NCBI GenBank assembly: GCA_016214555.1
Contig: JACROF010000002.1
Span: 136,125 to 200,124, forward strand
DNA: 64,000 nucleotides
Direction of reading: 5' to 3'
From: Candidatus Levyibacteriota bacterium
GTDB lineage: Bacteria > Patescibacteriota > Microgenomatia > Levybacterales > UBA12049
Made by a program: the position numbers and the translations under genes. The notes beneath the pieces were generated by a model. The model had not been told where the DNA came from, searched no databases, and saw only the letters and a list, made by a program, of their open reading frames with translations. Below are positions 1 to 7,546 of the stretch, piece after piece. Every line of letters begins with the position of its first letter. The stretch's first letter is position 1.

Positions 1-90
1 TCTCTTTCGCTATCAGCTATGCAGCAAATAAGCCAACCTCTCGGACTTTAACTCTTGCTACAAAAGCTACAAGCATCTTATACTCATAAT

Positions 91-318
91 ATGAGAGAGA
101 TGGTTGTAAAACATGCAAAGAAAAAATCGTTCCATGGCCTAGCTGCTTCAAGTTTTGTAGCTGGAATTTTTTGGGCATTAGGGGTAACTATCGGATTCTC
201 AATCTTTATTGCAATACTTAGCCTCCTTTCTCAATACCTCACGTATATTCCCTTTATCGGACCGTTTATCTCTGGTTTTCTCAACTTTCTTCTTTCTTTC
301 AACAACGCAGTCAGATAA
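91..318 (+). CDS. small membrane protein (DUF5665-like)
   Basis: Hydrophobic 'FVAGIFWALGVTIGFSIFIAILSLL...IPFIGPFI' pattern; ATG at 91 preferred over TTG at 55. Confidence 0.55.
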   Translation: MREMVVKHAKKKSFHGLAASSFVAGIFWALGVTIGFSIFIAILSLLSQYLTYIPFIGPFISGFLNFLLSFNNAVR

Positions 319-328
319 ACTTTATTCG

Positions 329-1039
329 ATGGACGATCATGCATTTCATACCGATATCTTCTTTGACGTTGATAGCACCATCGTAACTTTTGAAGGTATT
401 GATTATCTAGGTGAACAAAAAGGGGTGGGGGAAGATGTAACGCGCCTTACCGATCTTGCTATGAATGGAAAACTCCGCATGGAACAAGTTTTTGAAGAAA
501 AAATCAACCTTGTTTCGCCTTCAAAAAAAGAACTTCAAACACTCTCACATATCTACCTTACCAACATGACTCCTGGTGCAGAGGTGGTGATGGAGATACT
601 CACCTCACTTAATAAAAAAGTGTATCTTATTTCAGGAGGATTTCTTGATGCAATACTACCGCTTTCAAGAAAATTGGGATTGCCTAAGAAAAACATTTTT
701 GCTAATCGTATTTCTTTTAAAGCAGATGGTAAGTTTGACAGTCTGGATATGGGAAATCCTTTAGTCACTTCTCAGGGTAAAAAAACTATCATTAGCAAGC
801 TAAAAATTGGCAAAAATGCAGCTTTCATAGGAGATGGAGCAACTGATCTTACAACAGCTTCAATTGTCAAAACATTTATTGGGTTTGGAGGTGTTGCCAA
901 ACGAACATCAATCCGAGAAAAGGCAGAGCACTACATAACAGAAAAAAACCTCATTCCAGTACTACGATATATATTGACACCTCAAGAAAAGAACTATGTT
1001 ATCAAATCGCATCCTCACATCAGACGCTTTTTCTACTAA
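329..1039 (+). CDS. serB: HAD-IB phosphoserine phosphatase-like hydrolase
   Basis: HAD motifs FFDVDST, ISGGF, GDGATD, FIGFGG; ATG at 329. Confidence 0.75.
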   Translation: MDDHAFHTDIFFDVDSTIVTFEGIDYLGEQKGVGEDVTRLTDLAMNGKLRMEQVFEEKINLVSPSKKELQTLSHIYLTNMTPGAEVVMEILTSLNKKVYLISGGFLDAILPLSRKLGLPKKNIFANRISFKADGKFDSLDMGNPLVTSQGKKTIISKLKIGKNAAFIGDGATDLTTASIVKTFIGFGGVAKRTSIREKAEHYITEKNLIPVLRYILTPQEKNYVIKSHPHIRRFFY

Positions 1040-1086
1040 ATTGTCGAGCTTTATTCTAGAGGGTATTTTTGGTATAGTACAGCTGT

Positions 1087-2487
1087 ATGGATGAACAATC
1101 TCAGTTAAAAGATCACAAGCAAATTGGTCGCGAGCAAGAATTATTTTTTACCCACGACTATGCTCCAGGAGCGCCTTTTTGGCTTCCAAATGGCATGGTA
1201 ATTTTTAAGGAACTTGAAAAATATATCAGAGAGCTTACGCACGCTGCTGGATATCAAGAGACTTCCACTCCCATCATGGTAAAAAGCCAATTATTTAAAG
1301 AGTCAGGTCACTGGACAAAATTTGGAAAAGGTTTCGATGAGATGTATAACTTGTCTGTTTGGGAAGAAAGCGAAGCCGAGGCTGTTGGCAAAGCAATGGA
1401 AAAAGCAGAGACTCGCGATGCGATTGTAAAAGAAATTGGTAAAATAGAAAATAGACAACCTTTCCTTTATCCTTTAATTGTTGATGGACAAACTGCAGAT
1501 GTCTATGTTCTACCTACAAACACAGGTGATTCATTTAATTATGCTCTGCCAGTCAATTATTCACTCAAGCCTATGAACTGTCCTGAATCCACAATCCTTT
1601 ACAGATTTAAAACACGAAGCTATAAAGATCTACCTATCAGGCTATCAGAAATTGGAAGACTCCATCGCAGGGAAAAATCAGGTGAAGTCAATGGACTTTT
1701 GAGGGTACGACAACTGACAATGGACGATGCGCATATCTATGCGCGAGAAGATCAGATCTTTGATGAAGTCTCAAGCATCTTAGATATGATGACGAAATTT
1801 TATGAAAGTTTTGGTTTTTCGTATGAATTCAGATTTGCTACTCGCCCTGAGACAAGAGCAGGAACGGACGAGATGTGGGACAAGGCTGAAAAAGACCTCG
1901 AGGACGTTCTTAAGAAAAGAGGGATAAAAGCTGGGGACAAAAAGGGTGATGGGGCTTTTTACGGACCAAAAATTGACCTTCACATCAAAGACTCATTAGG
2001 TCGCGAATGGCAGCTTGCTACAGTACAACTAGATTTCCATCAGCCAGAAGCATTCAAGCTCGCCTACGTTGATGAAGAAGGAAAAGATGTAAGACCAGTC
2101 ATGATCCACCGTGCTATTTTTGGATCATTTGAGCGGTTTATTGGCATTTTGACAGAACATACCCAGGGAGCATTTCCTGTCTGGCTCTCTCCAGTCCAAG
2201 TAACAATACTTCCGATTGCAGACAGACACTACGATTATGCGCAAAAGGTAGCAGAACAGATACAAGAGGCAGGTATCAGAGTGGTGATTAATAACAAACA
2301 CGAGACCCTCCAGGCCAAAATCCGTGAGGCTACTTTACAAAAAGTACCATTTATGGGTATAATAGGGGACAAAGAGATAGCAGCTAATGCTATTTCTGTT
2401 CGTTTGCGAACTGGGGAAGATCAAGGTAGCCTTGAAATTTCCCACTTTTTGCAAATGGTAAGAGAAAACATTGATAAGAAGAAATAG
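1087..2487 (+). CDS. thrS: threonyl-tRNA synthetase, short form lacking N-terminal TGS/editing domains
   Basis: DHKQIG, SGHW, LKPMNCP, GLLRVR, AFYGPKID, IHRAIFGSFERF, anticodon-binding domain. Confidence 0.97.
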   Translation: MDEQSQLKDHKQIGREQELFFTHDYAPGAPFWLPNGMVIFKELEKYIRELTHAAGYQETSTPIMVKSQLFKESGHWTKFGKGFDEMYNLSVWEESEAEAVGKAMEKAETRDAIVKEIGKIENRQPFLYPLIVDGQTADVYVLPTNTGDSFNYALPVNYSLKPMNCPESTILYRFKTRSYKDLPIRLSEIGRLHRREKSGEVNGLLRVRQLTMDDAHIYAREDQIFDEVSSILDMMTKFYESFGFSYEFRFATRPETRAGTDEMWDKAEKDLEDVLKKRGIKAGDKKGDGAFYGPKIDLHIKDSLGREWQLATVQLDFHQPEAFKLAYVDEEGKDVRPVMIHRAIFGSFERFIGILTEHTQGAFPVWLSPVQVTILPIADRHYDYAQKVAEQIQEAGIRVVINNKHETLQAKIREATLQKVPFMGIIGDKEIAANAISVRLRTGEDQGSLEISHFLQMVRENIDKKK

Positions 2488-3091
2488 ATTTCAACAAAAC
2501 CCAAGGTATCAATACCGAATCAACGAGCGTATTTCTGCTCCAACGCTTCGGGTTTTGGATCTTGAAGGAAAACAAATCGGCGTTCTTTCACGTCTTGAAG
2601 CATTACAGCTTGCAAGAGAAAGATCACTTGATTTGGTTGAGGTAGCAGCTCAAGCTAAGCCTCCGGTCGTAAAAGTAATCGATTTTAATAAGTTTCTCTA
2701 TCAACAAGCAAAGAAGAAACAGGAAGAAAAACGAAAGGCCAAGGTATCAGAGACCAAAGAAATTCGACTTGGACCATTTATGTCTAGTAATGACATACAA
2801 GTAATGGTCAGAAGAGGAAGAGAATTTCTTGAAGACGGAGACAAGATTAGACTCGTTCTCAAATTTAGAGGACGACAGATAATTCATCCTGAATTTGGTC
2901 ATGCTATAATAGCCAAAGTTATTTTAGCCCTTGAGGATATCTCAAAGGTTGAGAGAAGCGCACATATGGAAGGCAAGCAACTTGTTGCACTGCTTTCACC
3001 AGAAAGGAAAAAAACCTCTGATGCTAAAACCAAAGAGGACAAACAAAATGCCGAAGAAAAAGATAAAGGACTCAGTAGCAAAACGCTTTAA
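2471..3091 (+). CDS. infC: translation initiation factor IF-3
   Basis: INERI, LDLVEV, PPVVK, KEIRL, KFRGR; non-ATG start overlapping thrS stop (exact start uncertain). Confidence 0.95.
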   Translation: MIRRNRFQQNPRYQYRINERISAPTLRVLDLEGKQIGVLSRLEALQLARERSLDLVEVAAQAKPPVVKVIDFNKFLYQQAKKKQEEKRKAKVSETKEIRLGPFMSSNDIQVMVRRGREFLEDGDKIRLVLKFRGRQIIHPEFGHAIIAKVILALEDISKVERSAHMEGKQLVALLSPERKKTSDAKTKEDKQNAEEKDKGLSSKTL

Positions 3092-3245
3092 AGTTACCAA
3101 GACGGGCAAAGTATTATTTGCTCATCAGTATGGTAGCCACAAAAAACTCCTTAAGTCAAAAAGAAGAATCCGAAGACAAAAAGAGACAGGTATTTTGACT
3201 GGGGAATTTGCTAAAAAGATCAAACAAATGTTAGGAGAAGCTTAA
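3048..3245 (+). CDS. rpmI: 50S ribosomal protein L35
   Basis: MPKKKIKDSVAKRFKVTKTGKV; between infC and rplT. Confidence 0.93.
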   Translation: MPKKKIKDSVAKRFKVTKTGKVLFAHQYGSHKKLLKSKRRIRRQKETGILTGEFAKKIKQMLGEA

Positions 3246-3248
3246 TAT

Positions 3249-3599
3249 ATGGCTAGAATTAAAAGAGGTGTCGTATCACGACGAAGACATAATAAATTGC
3301 TCGGCCTTACAAAAGGATATCGAGGTACAAAATCACGACTTGTTAAGATGGCACATGAAGCGTCACTTCATGCTGGCGCATATGCATATCATGGTCGAAA
3401 ACTTCGAAAAAGAGACTTCAGAACACTTTGGATTACTCGTATTAGTGAGGCTGTCAAACAGCAAGATATGTCCTACAGTGTTTTCATGAATAAACTGAAA
3501 AAGGCACATGTTGAGCTTGATCGAAAAATCCTCAATGATATTTTGGTCAATGATCCTGCAACATTTACAAAACTGGTTGATAAAGTTAGAGGGCTCTAA
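3249..3599 (+). CDS. rplT: 50S ribosomal protein L20
   Basis: MARIKRG, KGYRG, RKRDFRTLWITRI, LDRKIL. Confidence 0.97.
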   Translation: MARIKRGVVSRRRHNKLLGLTKGYRGTKSRLVKMAHEASLHAGAYAYHGRKLRKRDFRTLWITRISEAVKQQDMSYSVFMNKLKKAHVELDRKILNDILVNDPATFTKLVDKVRGL

Positions 3600-3629
3600 A
3601 AGTTCTCGTTGTAACACTTTGTCAACCAC

Positions 3630-3651
3630 ATCCCCGCAAGGGGATTTTTTT
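3630..3651 (+). terminator. intrinsic terminator after rplT
   Basis: ATCCCC-GCAA-GGGGAT stem with GNRA loop, followed by T-run. Confidence 0.85.
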
Positions 3652-3702
3652 ATGCCTGTCTCGCCGAAGTTTTAACGAAGGCGGAGAAGGGAGGTGAAAA
3701 AA

Positions 3703-3921
3703 ATGACAGAAATAGCAATACGATGCTGTGAGGGCAATGAAAGATACAAAGGAGAATGTCTCAAAGACAGGTGCCCAGTGTATTCTCAAGCAAGAAGAGA
3801 GGTTGATAGATCTTGGCCATATGTTGGTACAGGATTTGGAAACCTATACGGCAACCCAGAAGAGAGCACATACCTTGCTCAAACAAGAGGCTTGGTTGCA
3901 AGCAAAAAATCAGAACAGTAA
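3703..3921 (+). CDS. small hypothetical protein (72 aa, four Cys)
   Basis: Strong SD GGAGGTGA then ATG at 3703; CC-x9-C-x4-C pattern. Confidence 0.6.
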   Translation: MTEIAIRCCEGNERYKGECLKDRCPVYSQARREVDRSWPYVGTGFGNLYGNPEESTYLAQTRGLVASKKSEQ

Positions 3922-3932
3922 AAAATTCTGAC

Positions 3933-3976
3933 CTGTCGACTACTGGGTTAATTAATAGGCCACCCGAAGTTGACAG
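3933..3976. repeat. hairpin repeat copy 1 (core GGGTTAATTAATAGGCCACCC, 3945-3965)
   Basis: 21-nt core identical to 4440-4460; outer stem CTGTCGACT/AGTTGACAG. Confidence 0.85.
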
Positions 3977-3998
3977 ATAAACATGCTATTGCTAGTAT
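3970..3998 (+). promoter_or_regulatory. sigma70 promoter for the leader peptide
   Basis: TTGACA-17 bp-TAGTAT with extended -10 TG. Confidence 0.7.
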
Positions 3999-4007
3999 TA
4001 ATTACAT

Positions 4008-4076
4008 ATGACATTTTCTAAAAATTATTTTTGGTTTTACTTTACTCCCCCCGGGGGAGGTTCGTTAGTGGAGTAA
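4008..4076 (+). CDS. aromatic-rich attenuator leader peptide MTFSKNYFWFYFTPPGGGSLVE (pheM-like)
   Basis: 22-codon ORF with 4 Phe, 2 Tyr and 1 Trp, upstream of a terminator/antiterminator pair between rplT and pheS. Confidence 0.7.
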   Translation: MTFSKNYFWFYFTPPGGGSLVE

Positions 4077-4107
4077 TCCGCTATTGAAAAGGTAAAACCT
4101 TTGAACC

Positions 4108-4132
4108 AACCCCGATACGTCGGGGTTTTTTT
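4108..4132 (+). terminator. attenuator terminator
   Basis: AACCCCGA-TACG-TCGGGGTT followed by T-run; the 5' arm can instead pair with 4052-4063. Confidence 0.85.
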
Positions 4133-4210
4133 ATGGCAATAGTCGCTATTTGTGGAAATATGGAAGGGCTTGCCCTTCCGTAGCTTTAGCGAAAGAGGGA
4201 GGTGATACAT

Positions 4211-4429
4211 ATGACAGAAATGCAACCAGGAATAGAGCATACAATCAATATAGATACAAGAAGGGAAGTGGTACTTGCCAGCAATTCTTTAGTAACAGCT
4301 AAAGAAATTGAGATGAGAAACACTGCACTTGAACACATGCGATCAAGTGATGCTATGGAGAGACTGCTTCGGATTGGCCAGACAAGAGAGGGTCTTGCTG
4401 CCATTGTAGCAATGCATGGGCAAAAATAG
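4211..4429 (+). CDS. small hypothetical protein (72 aa)
   Basis: SD GGAGGTGA then ATG at 4211; same start sequence and length as 3703-3921. Confidence 0.6.
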   Translation: MTEMQPGIEHTINIDTRREVVLASNSLVTAKEIEMRNTALEHMRSSDAMERLLRIGQTREGLAAIVAMHGQK

Positions 4430-4471
4430 ATTTATTGTGGGGTTAATTAATAGGCCACCCCACAACTAGTC
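4429..4471. repeat. hairpin repeat copy 2 (core 4440-4460)
   Basis: Same 21-nt core; different outer stem TTGTGGGGT/ACCCCACAA. Confidence 0.85.
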
Positions 4472-4501
4472 ATTTTCTCCGAGGCTGAACTATGCTAAAG
4501 T

Positions 4502-5566
4502 ATGCTTATGGAACAAGAACTGATGACTATTAAAAACAACGCTGTTTCGCTGATCCTTGACGCAGGCTCTGAAAAAGAGCTTCAGGAGATAAAACTGCAA
4601 TTCTTAGGAAAAAGCGGAGCTCTTACTGTGGCTCTAAAGGAAATAACAAAACTTCCGCAAGAATCCCGTCCTGAAATTGGCAAACTCGCTAATGAGGTTA
4701 AAAAAATTATTGAAGAATCAATCGAAAATGCTACTCAGAATTTCAAATCCAAAAAAATTGAAAAGATTAAAAAGATTGATGTTACAGAACCAGGAATAAG
4801 ACCAGCACTTGGCCATCTCCATTTAGTAACTCAAGCGATAGAGGAAATAACAACTATTTTTGAAAAAATTGGTTTTACCAGAGTAAGTTATCCCGAAATT
4901 GAGTATGATTGGTATGCTTTTGAAGCTCTCAACTTCCCAGAAAACCATCCAGCAAGAGACGATTGGGAAACATTTTTTATTGACCAAACACCAGACCCAA
5001 AAAAAGGACCAATTCTTCTAACACCACACACCTCAAGTGGCCAGATACGAGAGATGGAAAAACAAGTTGCACTCCAAAAACAACACGGTAATGACATCTC
5101 TATTCGCATGCTCAACATAGCTAAAACATACAGGCGTCAATCTGATGCATCTCATGTACCAATGTTTCATCAATTTGAGACGCTTGTTGTTGGAAAAGAT
5201 ATCTCAATCACACATCTCAAAGGGGTTTTGGACTATTTTGTTAAATCATACTTTGGTGAAAGTAGAAAATCACGCATCAGACCATATCATTTTCAATTTA
5301 CCGAACCGTCATTTGAGACAGATGTTTCTTGTGGAGTCTGCAATGGCAAAGGTTGCAAGCTCTGCAAGGAAGGCTGGCTTGAACTAGGTGGGGCTGGTAT
5401 GGTTCATCCAAATGTTTTGCAAAACTGTGGTCTTGATCCCAAAAAATACAAAGGTTTTGCATCAGGTTGGGGAGTGGAAAGAGTACTGACGATGAAAGAA
5501 GGACTCAAGCTAGACGATATTCGCATGCTCTACTCAAATAATATCGAATTTCTCGAACAATTTTAA
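4502..5566 (+). CDS. pheS: phenylalanyl-tRNA synthetase alpha subunit
   Basis: GHLH, FEALNFPENHPARD, HTSSGQ, FHQFE, FQFTEPS, GWLELGGAGMVHP. Confidence 0.97.
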   Translation: MLMEQELMTIKNNAVSLILDAGSEKELQEIKLQFLGKSGALTVALKEITKLPQESRPEIGKLANEVKKIIEESIENATQNFKSKKIEKIKKIDVTEPGIRPALGHLHLVTQAIEEITTIFEKIGFTRVSYPEIEYDWYAFEALNFPENHPARDDWETFFIDQTPDPKKGPILLTPHTSSGQIREMEKQVALQKQHGNDISIRMLNIAKTYRRQSDASHVPMFHQFETLVVGKDISITHLKGVLDYFVKSYFGESRKSRIRPYHFQFTEPSFETDVSCGVCNGKGCKLCKEGWLELGGAGMVHPNVLQNCGLDPKKYKGFASGWGVERVLTMKEGLKLDDIRMLYSNNIEFLEQF

Positions 5567-5592
5567 AAATAGGGGTGAAACCCCTAAAAACT

Positions 5593-7545
5593 ATGAATAT
5601 AAAAATACTTGATAGTTGGTTAAAAGAATATCTCAAGACAAAAGCGACTGCAAAAGATATCGCAAAATATATGTCTCTCTCAAGTGTCTCAATTGAAAGG
5701 ATTGAGCAACACAACGATGACCGCCTCTACGATATAGAAGTGACAACAAATCGCCCAGACCTCATGTCCGTTGTTGGTCTTGCTCGTGAAGCAGGTGCAG
5801 TTCTTCCCCAGTCTGGAATTGACGCAGCTTTTCTTCCTCCAACGATTGAAAAAAAACAGAAAACAAAAGAAGATTTGCCACTAAAAATTATCAATGACAA
5901 CTCACTTGTTTATCGGGTTTGCGCAGTAGTCATGGATGTCACAATCAAAAAATCTTCGCCTACAATAACTGAAAGACTTGAAGCATCAGACATCAGAAGT
6001 CTCAATAATGTAATTGATATTACCAATTATGTAATGAGAACTATTGGCCACCCAGCTCATGTTTTTGATTATGATCGAATTGCAGGGCACACTCTTAAGA
6101 TACGTGAATCAATTCGAGGTGAGATGATTACAACGCTTGATAATAAATCATATACTTTGCCAGGTGGAGACATCATTGCAGAAGATGGGGACGGGAATAT
6201 CGTAGATCTCTTAGGAATAATGGGGCTTGAGAATAGCGTAGTAACTGATGATACCAAAAGAATCATCTTTTTTATTAATAACAACAACCCTCACAAAATT
6301 CGTAAAACATCTATGGGACTTGGCATCAGGACTGAAGCTGCTCAAATGAATGAAAAAATGATTGATGCAGAACTTGCTATGGATGCTCTTCTTTTCGGCA
6401 TCGATTCCTATAAGGAACATGCTGATGCAAAAATTGTATCCGAAATTTTTGATATATATCCAAAACCGTATAAAACAAAAAGGGTGAGTGTTAAGCTCGC
6501 TCATATACAACAAGTAATTGGTATCCCACTACCCCTTAAAGAAGCGGAAAGCACTCTTAAAAAATTAGGCTTTGGAGTTGAGATCTCAGATGAAGTCATA
6601 ACCGCAAGCGTTCCGTCATTTCGAGCATCTGATATTGATATTCCCGAAGATCTTATTGAAGAAATTGCCAGAGTTTATGGATACCACAATCTTCCAAGCA
6701 TACTTCCTCCTGCCAACTTTATTGAACCAGTCAATTTTGGAGCCAACAAATTTTATTGGGAGCAACGCGTTAAAAACAGTATGAAATACTGGGGATTTGA
6801 CGAAGTCTACACCTACCCTATGGTCTCAGAGAGCATGTATGAAGCGCCAAGCAGTGAAGCAGTACGACTTGCTAATCCACTTGGGGAGGATTTTGTATAC
6901 ATGAGGACAACACTTGTCCCAAGTCTATTAAAAGTAATGCAGCAAAATACAAAAGCAAAGGAAATGCGAGTTTTTGAAATTGCGAATGTTTATTATAAAA
7001 GTGAGAACACATTACCCAATGAAAAAAAGGTTTTTGCAGGACTTATTAAAAAACCACATGTTTCATTTTTTGAGATTAAGGGACTTATTGAACAGGTGGC
7101 ACTAGATCTTGGTATCCCAAAGATTACTTGTTCGTCTCTTGATTCATCAGGGCTTGAAACCTCCATACTTCTTGACAAAAAATCTCTTGGGACAATAGAG
7201 ATACTTGATGAAGATCTTATCAATTTTGAGCTCAATTTTGAAACACTTGTCTCACACGCTACACTTCACAAAACCTACACACCTATTGCAAAACATCCAC
7301 CAATTGTTGAGGACATCTCGGTGATTATTGATGACTCAGTAACAAGTGAAACTATTATCAAAACAATTAAGGAGACAGACAGACTTGTTACATCAGTAAC
7401 ACTTCTTGATCGATATCAAGACACGAGGACATTTCATATTACCTATCAAGATCCAGAAAAAAATCTAACATCAAAAGATGTATCAGAAGTTAGAGCAGCA
7501 ATCATAGAGAGCCTTACTAAAAACTTTCAGGCAGTTATCAAATAG
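5593..7545 (+). CDS. pheT: phenylalanyl-tRNA synthetase beta subunit (short form, no B2 OB domain)
   Basis: EVTTNRPDLMS, NNVIDITNY, DLIEEIARVYGY, NPL..MRTTL. Confidence 0.95.
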   Translation: MNIKILDSWLKEYLKTKATAKDIAKYMSLSSVSIERIEQHNDDRLYDIEVTTNRPDLMSVVGLAREAGAVLPQSGIDAAFLPPTIEKKQKTKEDLPLKIINDNSLVYRVCAVVMDVTIKKSSPTITERLEASDIRSLNNVIDITNYVMRTIGHPAHVFDYDRIAGHTLKIRESIRGEMITTLDNKSYTLPGGDIIAEDGDGNIVDLLGIMGLENSVVTDDTKRIIFFINNNNPHKIRKTSMGLGIRTEAAQMNEKMIDAELAMDALLFGIDSYKEHADAKIVSEIFDIYPKPYKTKRVSVKLAHIQQVIGIPLPLKEAESTLKKLGFGVEISDEVITASVPSFRASDIDIPEDLIEEIARVYGYHNLPSILPPANFIEPVNFGANKFYWEQRVKNSMKYWGFDEVYTYPMVSESMYEAPSSEAVRLANPLGEDFVYMRTTLVPSLLKVMQQNTKAKEMRVFEIANVYYKSENTLPNEKKVFAGLIKKPHVSFFEIKGLIEQVALDLGIPKITCSSLDSSGLETSILLDKKSLGTIEILDEDLINFELNFETLVSHATLHKTYTPIAKHPPIVEDISVIIDDSVTSETIIKTIKETDRLVTSVTLLDRYQDTRTFHITYQDPEKNLTSKDVSEVRAAIIESLTKNFQAVIK

Positions 7546-7546
7546 C

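Noticed and set aside
3933-4471. CRISPR array or integron attC sites
   Set aside because: Only two copies ~495 bp apart, no cas genes, and no clear RYYYAAC/GTTRRRY ends
4000-4500. T-box riboswitch upstream of pheS
   Set aside because: No GGTGGNACC T-box sequence; leader-peptide attenuation explains the structure better
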